DNA of 64,000 nucleotides, taken from positions 1,619 through 65,618 of IMG/VR virus record IMGVR_UViG_3300048670_001253; one strand, given 5' to 3'. Shown piece by piece: positions 1 to 9,038 of the stretch. Both the position numbers and the translations under genes were made by a program. The first letter of the stretch is position 1. The number at the start of each line of letters is the position of its first letter. The notes beneath the pieces are model-generated. The model was given only the letters and a program-made list of their open reading frames with translations, ran no database searches and was not told the DNA's origin. The DNA is from a virus (Duplodnaviria > Caudoviricetes).

Positions 1-5
1 CAAAA

Positions 6-1340
6 ATGTTCATGTTGAATGACTCGACTATTTACAATCCTTTTAACTCTGAGTATTTCTTTTGGATAGATGGTGGATTAACAAATACTGTTCATGAGGG
101 AACTTTCACACATGATAAAGTTCTTGATAATCTTGATAATTATTGCAAGGTTCAAAAGAAGTTTGTTCACATAACATACCCATATACAGCCAACGATGAA
201 ATACATGGTTTTGAAAGAGTTGGCATGGCAAAGCACTGTGGAGTTGATTATGTTGATTATGTTGCAAGAGGAGGATTTTTTGGTGGCAAAAAGGAAATAA
301 TATCACAGCTCAATAATCTTTATTACGGTGTTATGGAATCTACCCTCAATCAAGGATATATGGGAGCAGATGAATGTCTATTCACAATACTTTGCCATAA
401 ACATCCAAATTTAATTCATAGATACGAAATACCTGGTAATGGTTTGGTCTATCCTTTCTTTGAACATCTTAAAGAATTTACAAATGAAAAAGTAAAAGAA
501 AACAAACTGATCACTCAATCAGACACAGACAATACTGCTCTTTATGTCATAACTTTTAATAGTCCTAATCAATTTAGAACACTATTAAAAAGTATGAAAG
601 AATATGATTCTGATTTTCTAACCAAACCTAAGAAAAGGTTTCTACTTAATAACTCTACTGATTTATCAAAAAATGATGAGTATATTAAATTGTGTGAAGA
701 ATATAATTTCGAACATATTAAAAAGGACAATTTAGGAATCTGTGGCGGCAGACAATTCATAGCAGAACATGCCGAAGAGAACGAATTTGATTTTCATTGG
801 TTTTTTGAAGATGACATGTTCTTCTATTTAAATAAAAATGAACCTTTGTGTAAAAATGGATTCAACAGAATAACCGATAGTCTTTATTCAAAGTCAATGG
901 AAATAATTGGTAAGGAATTTTTTGATTTTTTAAAGTTGAATTATACTGAGTTCTTTGGAGACAATGGAACACAATGGAGTTGGTATAATGTCTCACAAGA
1001 TGTCAGAGAAAAATATTGGCCCAATAATAAAAAATTACCTCAACTTGGAACTGATCCTAATGCCCCTAAAACTATTTATAAGCACGTAAGAAGTCATCGG
1101 GGTGTTCCATATATTGATGGTGAAATTTATTATTGTAATTGGCCGCAGGTTGTTTCAAGAGAAGGAAACAAAAAAATGTTTCTTGAAACAACATGGAAAT
1201 ATATGTATGAACAAACTTGGATGAGCCATATTTACCAAGAAACTAAAAAGGGAAATATTCAAGGCGGTCTTTTGCTTATAACCCCAACCGAACACAATAG
1301 ATTCGACCATTACTCAGCAGATTTAAGAAAAGAATCTTGA
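6..1340 (+). CDS. HtrL/YibB-like plus glycosyltransferase-like protein (probably 5'-truncated by the window edge)
   Basis: FWIDGG and GGFFGG motifs in the N-terminal half; GT-A-like FFEDD motif in the C-terminal half; 444-aa ORF starting at the window edge. Confidence 0.55.
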   Translation: MFMLNDSTIYNPFNSEYFFWIDGGLTNTVHEGTFTHDKVLDNLDNYCKVQKKFVHITYPYTANDEIHGFERVGMAKHCGVDYVDYVARGGFFGGKKEIISQLNNLYYGVMESTLNQGYMGADECLFTILCHKHPNLIHRYEIPGNGLVYPFFEHLKEFTNEKVKENKLITQSDTDNTALYVITFNSPNQFRTLLKSMKEYDSDFLTKPKKRFLLNNSTDLSKNDEYIKLCEEYNFEHIKKDNLGICGGRQFIAEHAEENEFDFHWFFEDDMFFYLNKNEPLCKNGFNRITDSLYSKSMEIIGKEFFDFLKLNYTEFFGDNGTQWSWYNVSQDVREKYWPNNKKLPQLGTDPNAPKTIYKHVRSHRGVPYIDGEIYYCNWPQVVSREGNKKMFLETTWKYMYEQTWMSHIYQETKKGNIQGGLLLITPTEHNRFDHYSADLRKES

Positions 1341-1381
1341 TTGAAATAGATTAACTGATATAATAAAAAAAAGGAAAAACA

Positions 1382-2245
1382 ATGAGCGAAAAATTATTGA
1401 CTATTGGTATGGCCACTTATGATGATTATGACGGAGTGTATTTCTCTTTGCAATCACTTCGAATGTATCATGAGATATGCGCCACCGATCAGGTTGAATT
1501 CTTGGTAATAGATAATAACCCCAAAGGCAAACACGCAGAAACTGTCAAGTCTTTTGTAAACGGTTGGGCCAGAGGAAGATATATTCCTTACGAGGAGAAG
1601 AAAAGCACTGCTGTAAGGAATGAAATATTCAAACAGGCCCAAGGCAAGTATACCATATCAATGGACTGCCATGTCTTGTTTCAAAAGGGCGCAATAGAAA
1701 GTCTCCTCAAATACTACGAACAAAATCCTGATTGTAAGAATATAGTTCAGGGGCCTCTTCTTTATGATGATCTTAGAAATGAATCAACAAGTTTTTCTCC
1801 AGTTTGGAATCATTCCATGTATGGAACTTGGCATACAGATCATGAAAATTTGAAGAAAGGCGAGCCTTTTGAGATCCTAATGCATGGCTTAGGTGTTTTC
1901 TCTTGCGAAACCAAAAATTGGGTTGGATTCAACCAGCACTTCAAAGGATTCGGTGGTGAAGAAGGTTACATACATGAGAAATTCAGAAGAAATGGAGGCA
2001 AAGCAATTTGCATTCCTCAATTAAAATGGGTTCACCGTTTTGGCCGACCCGAAGGTGTCAAGTATCCATTAGTTTTAGAGGATAGAGTTTGGAATTATTT
2101 TGTAGGTTGGCTTGAACTAACATGCAACCCAGATCATGAAATGATTAAGGGAGCATATGATCATTTCAAAGACAAGATACCCGCAGGAAGTATAGATAAA
2201 ATTCTTGAAAATGCCAAGAAAACAGTCTTAGAATCACCAGGCTGA
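1382..2245 (+). CDS. GT2-family glycosyltransferase
   Basis: N-terminal LTIGMATYDD, VIDNN, SMDCH (DxH variant of DxD), GFGGEE acceptor motif. Confidence 0.8.
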   Translation: MSEKLLTIGMATYDDYDGVYFSLQSLRMYHEICATDQVEFLVIDNNPKGKHAETVKSFVNGWARGRYIPYEEKKSTAVRNEIFKQAQGKYTISMDCHVLFQKGAIESLLKYYEQNPDCKNIVQGPLLYDDLRNESTSFSPVWNHSMYGTWHTDHENLKKGEPFEILMHGLGVFSCETKNWVGFNQHFKGFGGEEGYIHEKFRRNGGKAICIPQLKWVHRFGRPEGVKYPLVLEDRVWNYFVGWLELTCNPDHEMIKGAYDHFKDKIPAGSIDKILENAKKTVLESPG

Positions 2246-3421
2246 TGTTGAATACATCTTTCTCCACCTGTTGACTTTATTATCAGAAAGTCCGCAAGGT
2301 GAAGAAACTGCTGGATAATTATTTCTCTCGGCCTGATACATTCCAACTAGATGGGCGATGTCATCAACTTCTCTGGGCTCCCAGCCAGCAGATAGCAGAG
2401 CAAATTTTACCTTTTCCATGGGATTATCTTTTACAACCCAAGCAGAGGTAAGAAATCTGTCGTTGTATGCTTTTTCTGGCACATCTAACGATAAATTATC
2501 CATTGGATAAATTGTATTTATTAGTCCTGTGCTGTTATACATATCTAAATACTTTTTATCATTCACTTCTGGGTTTTCAAGACCAAGAATATATTCTCTT
2601 TTATAATTCTTGTTTACATCGTTTATCTTGGATAAAGATTCAATATGGTCCTCGGGTAATTCTCCATTTCCATATCGAGCTTGCATTCTTAAGTATCTGT
2701 GTGCTGTTACTGGATCTTCATCTACTCTTTTTGAGAACTTTCCAATAGAAACTATTTGTCCGTTCTTTAAATGATGGGCTCCACCGTACACGTCAAGCAA
2801 CTCTGTATTTTCACCTTCACTATTTTTCAAGGGGATGTACATTGCATTTATTGTAAAGTCTCTAGAGGCTGCGTCGTCTTCCAAACTTGATGTTGCAGAG
2901 AAACCATCGACATTTAGATTTCTGTTTTTTATTGATTTTGATAATGGGGATAGTTCATAGCCTTCTCCGTTGACAACAACTGTGAATTCAATTGGTTTAT
3001 TTTTACTGTCTCGTCTGCTTGGAAAAAAACTTTTATTTCCTTTAGGGTTTTGACTTTCTTCAAACCCATTTCCCTTTAATATTAATTTAATTTCACTCGA
3101 TGTTGCATCTGTAACGAGGTCGTAATTTCTTGGAGTCTTTCCTTTCAAGTGATCACGAACAGCTCCGCCAGTCAGGTAGAGAAGCTTCTTCTTGAGCTTT
3201 GGTTCAACTTCTCCATTTGTTTTATCCATTGTTGTATAGCCGACACCTACCTGAGGACTATTTTCAAATGCCTTGACAAGTATTCTTAAATTGGAATGGC
3301 TATCTTTATCGATTACAAATGGTTGAAAATCTTCCGCTCCTTGAGCTTTGGTTAGTTTGACTTTTGAAACTACCGGAATGTTATTCTCTTTGTATAATAT
3401 GTAATCTTGAAATTTTCCCAT
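2234..3421 (-). CDS. CCA-adding/poly(A) polymerase family nucleotidyltransferase with degenerate motifs
   Basis: GGAVRD..L...PRNYDL (NxD instead of DxD), SRDFTINAM, EDPVT (instead of EDxxR). Confidence 0.8.
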   Translation of the reverse strand: MGKFQDYILYKENNIPVVSKVKLTKAQGAEDFQPFVIDKDSHSNLRILVKAFENSPQVGVGYTTMDKTNGEVEPKLKKKLLYLTGGAVRDHLKGKTPRNYDLVTDATSSEIKLILKGNGFEESQNPKGNKSFFPSRRDSKNKPIEFTVVVNGEGYELSPLSKSIKNRNLNVDGFSATSSLEDDAASRDFTINAMYIPLKNSEGENTELLDVYGGAHHLKNGQIVSIGKFSKRVDEDPVTAHRYLRMQARYGNGELPEDHIESLSKINDVNKNYKREYILGLENPEVNDKKYLDMYNSTGLINTIYPMDNLSLDVPEKAYNDRFLTSAWVVKDNPMEKVKFALLSAGWEPREVDDIAHLVGMYQAERNNYPAVSSPCGLSDNKVNRWRKMYSTSAW

Positions 3422-3468
3422 TTTTTACCTTTTGTTGATATTGTTATATATTGTTTAATCTCATTTTT

Positions 3469-3744
3469 TCACACTGAAGGACTTTGTATTCCCAATTTAT
3501 ATAATAAGTAGGAAGCAACAACTACCCAAAATATTTTAACTACAAAGTCAATTAGTTGATCCCAATTCTGTTGCGATCTTGATGTTCTTAGATTTATTCC
3601 TTCCATCTTGATTTCAAATTCTTGAATTTTTTTTGATAAAGAATCAATATCAGACGACATTTCTTTAATTTTATCTTCAAGATGCTCGATTTTATGTTCG
3701 GCCTTCCCTAGATTTCCAGATTGATTTCTTCTTTTTTCTACCAT
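3469..3744 (-). CDS. small coiled-coil protein with C-terminal TM helix (holin/XhlA-like topology)
   Basis: heptad-rich N-terminus, hydrophobic FVVKIFWVVVASYLLY. Confidence 0.45.
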   Translation of the reverse strand: MVEKRRNQSGNLGKAEHKIEHLEDKIKEMSSDIDSLSKKIQEFEIKMEGINLRTSRSQQNWDQLIDFVVKIFWVVVASYLLYKLGIQSPSV

Positions 3745-3793
3745 TTTTTGTTATATGTGTAAACTTTATAGACTTTCACTAATATATATAGTT

Positions 3794-4267
3794 ATGGAAA
3801 ATCAAGATAAAATCATAATAAGCGAAATAGATGACGCCAAAGAGCTAATTCCACAGATGAATGTGGACCTACCATCTATTCAGGGTCAAAATGATCTTTC
3901 TCATATAGTTTCTGATGAAGAACTATCTAGTGTTTATAGTGAAATACTGGACAATATTAGAGAAGATAGAAAACAAATAGACGAATTTATAGGAAATTTT
4001 GCAGATCTGGTAATAAATGAGGGAGACAGCACCAGCGCCAGCAAAGAAGCTCTTGTGAGCCTGGTCAAGATAAAAAGCGATGTAGCGGATAAAATGGCAA
4101 AAATGGCCGATTTGATGACAAGAATAAAATTAAAAGATAAAGACACCTTCCCTAAATACTTAGCAGCAAATCAAAACAATACAATCAATATAAATTCCGG
4201 AAACAATAAGAGACAATTATTAGAAGCAATAAACAAAGCAAAGAAAGAAGCAAAAGATGAAAATTAA
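3794..4267 (+). CDS. hypothetical helical protein
   Basis: ORF track 3755-4267; start moved to ATG 3794, just after TATATATAGTT. Confidence 0.7.
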   Translation: MENQDKIIISEIDDAKELIPQMNVDLPSIQGQNDLSHIVSDEELSSVYSEILDNIREDRKQIDEFIGNFADLVINEGDSTSASKEALVSLVKIKSDVADKMAKMADLMTRIKLKDKDTFPKYLAANQNNTININSGNNKRQLLEAINKAKKEAKDEN

Positions 4268-5564
4268 TACCTTGAATTGGTTTAACGAAGAGCTTGGTAA
4301 TCCCGGTGAGGTAGCCGGTGGTCAACCTCCTGCAGACGCCACTGGCGGTAATCAGGTTGTTATGCAAAACAACAACCCAGAAGTACAACCCGAACAAGCT
4401 CCTGATGAAGCCCAAGAAACAGAGACGGAGCTACCCAAACAAGATTCGCAACAAGATATAGCACAACAGGAACCGCAATCACCCGATGTCCCAGAAGAGC
4501 AAAACGAGACAGAAGATTTTGAAACATGGAAGATGAGCTATTTTAAAGATCTGGTGAAGGGCGATACTAGTCTTTTGTTAAACAATATTCACAAGATAAG
4601 AGATTTTGATCTGGATGTTTATCCAAGAAAGTTCGTCGAAGATAATCTACAGATTCTTTTCTTAAGACAAAATTCAAATATAGAAAAGGTAGGCAAAGAG
4701 GTAAGAAAATCTATAAGACAAGAATTGGATAATAATAACCCATCTGTGTCTTTAGTAAACCATATGTTTACTTCACTTCAAAGTTCTCCTGATTTAACTA
4801 ATGTGTTCATTAAGTTGAAAGGTACTCTTGGAATGAAGAGCGACCTCCACAGAAAATATTTGGCCTCATTATTGGGAGCTGCTCAGGTTGGGAGTGGAGG
4901 CAACTCAGAAGATATTATATACAACGAAAGAACCTACTCTATTAAGGTATCGACAAGATTTAATGAAAAATGGGGAATGATAGATTTAGGAAAATGGTCC
5001 TTAAGAGAAGACGATCCAGAAAGGTTCTTGGAAGATCCTGAATTAAAAAGACTCGAAGAAGGTAGCCCAGAAGAAAGAGATGTTCTTAGAAGAAGAGTTA
5101 TAATGGAAGCTATTGCCGATAACTTTAAACAAAGATCTTTTGTTGTAAATGTTGTTGGAACAGATGGAACTGTTTACTTTTTAGGTTTGGACCTTGGAAG
5201 CTGTCTGAGCACAGCTTATGCAGATGGAAAGCTATCCGTGAGAACCATTCAATCTGAAAATAGCGAAGCCATGATAGGTGACGATGGAAGTGTAGTTCCA
5301 TACGTAGACTTAAAAGTCAAGTATTTATATGATACCGGAGAAGTAGATGAGAATGGATTTCCGAAAAAAGGTGAATCTGATTTCATGGAGAGAATAGATG
5401 GTGTTTTATTTGTAACTGCTCAACTAGATACACTTAAGCAGGCTGCTTCAAGTTTTCCTGGTGTTATTATTAAGGAGCTTCCTTTTAATGGCAACCCCTC
5501 AGACTTGAAAGTAATACAAAGATGTGTGCCTAGCGCTGCTGAAATAATTTTAAGAAACTGTTAA
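4257..5564 (+). CDS. hypothetical protein with acidic/Gln-rich N-terminal linker
   Basis: 435-aa ORF overlapping the upstream stop; N-terminus MKINTLNWFNEE. Confidence 0.75.
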   Translation: MKINTLNWFNEELGNPGEVAGGQPPADATGGNQVVMQNNNPEVQPEQAPDEAQETETELPKQDSQQDIAQQEPQSPDVPEEQNETEDFETWKMSYFKDLVKGDTSLLLNNIHKIRDFDLDVYPRKFVEDNLQILFLRQNSNIEKVGKEVRKSIRQELDNNNPSVSLVNHMFTSLQSSPDLTNVFIKLKGTLGMKSDLHRKYLASLLGAAQVGSGGNSEDIIYNERTYSIKVSTRFNEKWGMIDLGKWSLREDDPERFLEDPELKRLEEGSPEERDVLRRRVIMEAIADNFKQRSFVVNVVGTDGTVYFLGLDLGSCLSTAYADGKLSVRTIQSENSEAMIGDDGSVVPYVDLKVKYLYDTGEVDENGFPKKGESDFMERIDGVLFVTAQLDTLKQAASSFPGVIIKELPFNGNPSDLKVIQRCVPSAAEIILRNC

Positions 5565-5573
5565 GGATTACAA

Positions 5574-6080
5574 ATGTATAAATTTTTTGATTATATTAAC
5601 CAATCGGAAATGCAGGCTCATAGAAAACTTAAGATAATAAGTGATCTATTAAAAAGTCAACAAATAAAAAATAAACTATTTAACTCTGATCAAGAGCCAC
5701 ATATTTTTGTTTTTTCGACTAATCCTGACACTTATTTCCAAGGAGTCAGGGTATATCCAATTGCTAATTCTGTGGCATTTAAGGTTCAAAATAAAATAAA
5801 TACTCATCCTTATGGAAAACCATATTTATTAGACTTTGAAAAAATGTATAATAATCTCATGGGTCAAAAAGACGCATCAGAAGAAGATTGTGCTAAAAGC
5901 ATAATCGACTACATATGCACAGAACTTAAAAAGTTCTTTACAATGAGCGCTAAATATCAATATGAAAAAAATCCTGAGAATATCAAACTGATGGTCAGAT
6001 CTCAAGGAACAGACTACTCGACTAAGTTGTTTGGTGGTGCTTCTGGTGACTATTCTTCTAAAGTTTACAACGGGTATTAA
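5574..6080 (+). CDS. hypothetical protein
   Basis: 168-aa ORF in operon-like spacing; N-terminus MYKFFDYINQSE. Confidence 0.7.
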   Translation: MYKFFDYINQSEMQAHRKLKIISDLLKSQQIKNKLFNSDQEPHIFVFSTNPDTYFQGVRVYPIANSVAFKVQNKINTHPYGKPYLLDFEKMYNNLMGQKDASEEDCAKSIIDYICTELKKFFTMSAKYQYEKNPENIKLMVRSQGTDYSTKLFGGASGDYSSKVYNGY

Positions 6081-6083
6081 AAA

Positions 6084-6473
6084 ATGATAAGTCTAAACGA
6101 TTATAAAAATTCTAAAAGTGTTAAGAGTCTAGTACAGAAAATGTTTGAAGCACGCCAAGTTGCTCACGTAATTCACCTTCAAACAAAAAGCTATAGTCAG
6201 CATAAGGCTTTAAATGGTTTTTATGATGGTATTTTAGACCTAGCCGATACTTTTGTTGAAACCTATCAAGGACAATATGGAATACTGAGTGGCTACGGAG
6301 ACGTTAGTATTTCTTCTGATGTTGATATTGAGGAATATCTTCAAGACTGCGCAAAGATATTTGCACTTGGAAGAGATAGTATGAATGATAAAGATACTCA
6401 TCTTAAAAACATTATGGATGAAGTTGTAGCACTAACATACCAGACAATATACAAGATAAAGTATCTAAAATAG
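6084..6473 (+). CDS. ferritin-like four-helix protein (DUF5856-like, common in large myophages)
   Basis: AHVIHLQTKSYSQHKALNGFYDGILDLADTFVETYQGQYG motif. Confidence 0.65.
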   Translation: MISLNDYKNSKSVKSLVQKMFEARQVAHVIHLQTKSYSQHKALNGFYDGILDLADTFVETYQGQYGILSGYGDVSISSDVDIEEYLQDCAKIFALGRDSMNDKDTHLKNIMDEVVALTYQTIYKIKYLK

Positions 6474-6495
6474 TTCCTCCAATTAAAGGAGAAAA

Positions 6496-6945
6496 ATGGA
6501 CCTTATACAGGATGTTAAAAAAGGTAGTCTAATTTCTTTTAGTTACATGTTCCATAAAGCGGGACATGATGCAAATCCAAATGTAATGGTAACTAATGTG
6601 GATTCTTTTTATGTTTGGGGTGTTAATGTTCATTATTTAACATTTCCCTACATAAGAAATCTTTTACAAAAAAATTGTAATAATATTATGTTTGGCTATC
6701 CCAGTATAAAAAGTGATAAGTTTGTAACTTCAGCCTTTAGACAATACAAGAAAAACGGAATAAGATCTTTAAAGAAACTTGATTGTGATTTTGTTCTTAA
6801 TCTACTGGGATCTAGCAGAGCACTAACGCCAGCGGAAGTGGAGGCTATAAGAAATACTGTCAACAACCAAATATCACAAGCTATTAATCAAGTGTCTGCG
6901 TTGAATCCTAATGTTAATTCTAATGTTGAAAGCCCCCAGATTTGA
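6496..6945 (+). CDS. possible T4 gp2-like DNA end-protector homologue
   Basis: G.L..F.Y, D..P, WGVNVHYL, FRQY pattern recalls gp2-like proteins; not searched. Confidence 0.4.
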   Translation: MDLIQDVKKGSLISFSYMFHKAGHDANPNVMVTNVDSFYVWGVNVHYLTFPYIRNLLQKNCNNIMFGYPSIKSDKFVTSAFRQYKKNGIRSLKKLDCDFVLNLLGSSRALTPAEVEAIRNTVNNQISQAINQVSALNPNVNSNVESPQI

Positions 6946-7648
6946 GTTTTGGTCTCAAAACTTTTCTCTTAACATTTTTGAATTTTAATAATTTTTCCCA
7001 ATTGTGTGTGTATGTGTGGAATATTATTGGATCAATATATTCAAAATCATTAGCAATCTCCGGTATTTTCACATGTTCTCTTTTAAAATAATTTTTACTT
7101 ATTTCTTTGTTATCAATTGCTATCTGACTCATTAGAAATTCTTCCCTTACCCACATATTATATTTATCCAACCATCTCCATAGAGCTGGATAAACTTCTT
7201 CTATGTTTTCAAGTTTTTTATTAAAATCTTTATAAATCTTTTTATTTGACCCATTTCTGAATAAAAGAACACCTGAATTTATAGGTCTAAACAACTTAAA
7301 TTCTGCGCTGTAGGACCATCTATTCTCGCATCCTACAATATCTTCTGGGTATTTATTTATTATTTTATCTATATCATCAAATATGAAAGTGTCACTATCT
7401 AAATAAAAAATATTATCGAATTCTAAGTCACTTAAGTGTTGTTTATTTGCCGGAAAGTATTCTGGGTCTATATTTTTTACGTATCTAGTTTCAACCATAA
7501 ATTCTTCTGGGAAGATGGTTTCATTGTGTGTACAAAAACATAAAATTCTTATGCTCTTATTATATTTCCTGAGCATCTTGATGCTATTAAGAGCCATTCT
7601 ATAATAATTTAGATTACCGTTTATTATATAAACCACAACAGAAGTCAT
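6920..7648 (-). CDS. GT-A (GT8-like) nucleotide-diphospho-sugar transferase
   Basis: FYLDSDT (DxD), INSGV, IIFH motifs. Confidence 0.75.
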   Translation of the reverse strand: MTSVVVYIINGNLNYYRMALNSIKMLRKYNKSIRILCFCTHNETIFPEEFMVETRYVKNIDPEYFPANKQHLSDLEFDNIFYLDSDTFIFDDIDKIINKYPEDIVGCENRWSYSAEFKLFRPINSGVLLFRNGSNKKIYKDFNKKLENIEEVYPALWRWLDKYNMWVREEFLMSQIAIDNKEISKNYFKREHVKIPEIANDFEYIDPIIFHTYTHNWEKLLKFKNVKRKVLRPKLKSGGFQH

Positions 7649-7669
7649 GAACTAATTATAGTTCAAATT

Positions 7670-8974
7670 TCAAGGACTTCCACCATCAATTATTTCCCAG
7701 GAAGGAGCAGATCCAATGAACGCCAGAACCGTACCCGGCTCACCTAGTCCTGCATTTGATAGTTGTGCTAGACTTAATGAGTATGGCGTTGCATCTGTTA
7801 TGCCATAGCCTGCTAGAGTCGATGGATTAGACCCTGCTGTGACTCTTCCATAATAGTCCACGGTAACTTTAGAATAAGTACCAGAAATTAATCCACTTAT
7901 TAGAGCCAAATCTATTCCATAAGAAGCAACTACTATTCTGCCTGAAGTTCCTCTGGCTGAAAAAGTGTTGTCGGTTCTAATTAAACCATTTCCTGCTGTC
8001 AATTGACTAGCACTGCTGAACAAGCTAAAGGATAGATCAGTCACTCCCAGAGAGACAGTATCATTGGTTGTCAACAGCCACCCAGTATCTAAATTAACGG
8101 TTCCCTCTGATACAAAGACAAAAAGTCCAGTTGTCACACTATCGTTTGAATTAGCATCAGACGATCTCGACCAAGCAGTTGTTTTTACATCATATATACC
8201 ATTCTCGTAAGCTAGTATTTGATTTTTTACAAGGATTCTATTTCCTGTGACCAACGATACTCCATCTATCGTTTGGAGTCCTGTTAAATTTATATCAGCA
8301 ATTGTCGCAACTCGGACAGATTGCTTTATATCAAAACCTTTTCTTTGATTGTCAACATATTCTTCTGTTGCTATTTTTTTATTATTAGAATAAAAACTCC
8401 CCGATGATCTTATGTCTCCTACCGAAGTTAATGACCCAATCAGAGATAGATTTCGCACACCAGATAAGTTAAAATTATTATCAACAAATAAAGGTTTGTT
8501 TATTGTTGCAGTTCCTGGTGTCACATTATTAAGATAATTTAATTCCGTTGCAGTGGTATTTACAGTTATTGATCCAATTCTAAAAGTGCCAGTTATATCC
8601 AGAACCCCAGCAAATGTGTTGCTATATGAGGAGGGAAATATATTGTTTTGATCTTTTCTTGCGTATCTAGAGAGAAAAATTGTTGATAAATTTGTTAAAA
8701 TTTCTTCATTATTTATGTAAACTTTACCTGCACCATTGGGTTTTAAAAATATGTCACCGTTTGTGTTTTCTGAGCTTATCGTATTGCCATTTATATAAAT
8801 ATTATCAAATTGTTTAGAGGAATAAGGCAGACTGTTCCATCGAGATATTCCATTCCCTATTTTCATACGGCTAGTATCTAATTCTAATCCCTGCTCCCCT
8901 TCTAGAAGTATTGGGTCATCAATGGTCCAATTGGAAGAAAGTGCCCTTTTTAGCTGAATTAATGTATCGCTCAT
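7670..8974 (-). CDS. tail fibre/virion structural protein with Mtd-like N-terminal domain
   Basis: IQLKRA...P.L.EGE.GLELDT..MKIGNG...WNSLPY; KQSVRVAT...IDGV.L..G.RILVKNQ...ENGIY phage fibre block. Confidence 0.75.
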   Translation of the reverse strand: MSDTLIQLKRALSSNWTIDDPILLEGEQGLELDTSRMKIGNGISRWNSLPYSSKQFDNIYINGNTISSENTNGDIFLKPNGAGKVYINNEEILTNLSTIFLSRYARKDQNNIFPSSYSNTFAGVLDITGTFRIGSITVNTTATELNYLNNVTPGTATINKPLFVDNNFNLSGVRNLSLIGSLTSVGDIRSSGSFYSNNKKIATEEYVDNQRKGFDIKQSVRVATIADINLTGLQTIDGVSLVTGNRILVKNQILAYENGIYDVKTTAWSRSSDANSNDSVTTGLFVFVSEGTVNLDTGWLLTTNDTVSLGVTDLSFSLFSSASQLTAGNGLIRTDNTFSARGTSGRIVVASYGIDLALISGLISGTYSKVTVDYYGRVTAGSNPSTLAGYGITDATPYSLSLAQLSNAGLGEPGTVLAFIGSAPSWEIIDGGSP

Positions 8975-9038
8975 TGTTTCCCTTCAGATTTTAAAATATA
9001 TAGTTTTATTTTCGTCTAAAATAAACTATATTTAAGTT

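Noticed and set aside
7728-7736. ACCGTACCC motif copy in the fibre gene
   Set aside because: Inside a coding region, lacks the conserved TCT(A/G)G flank, and has no suitable downstream start; likely chance.
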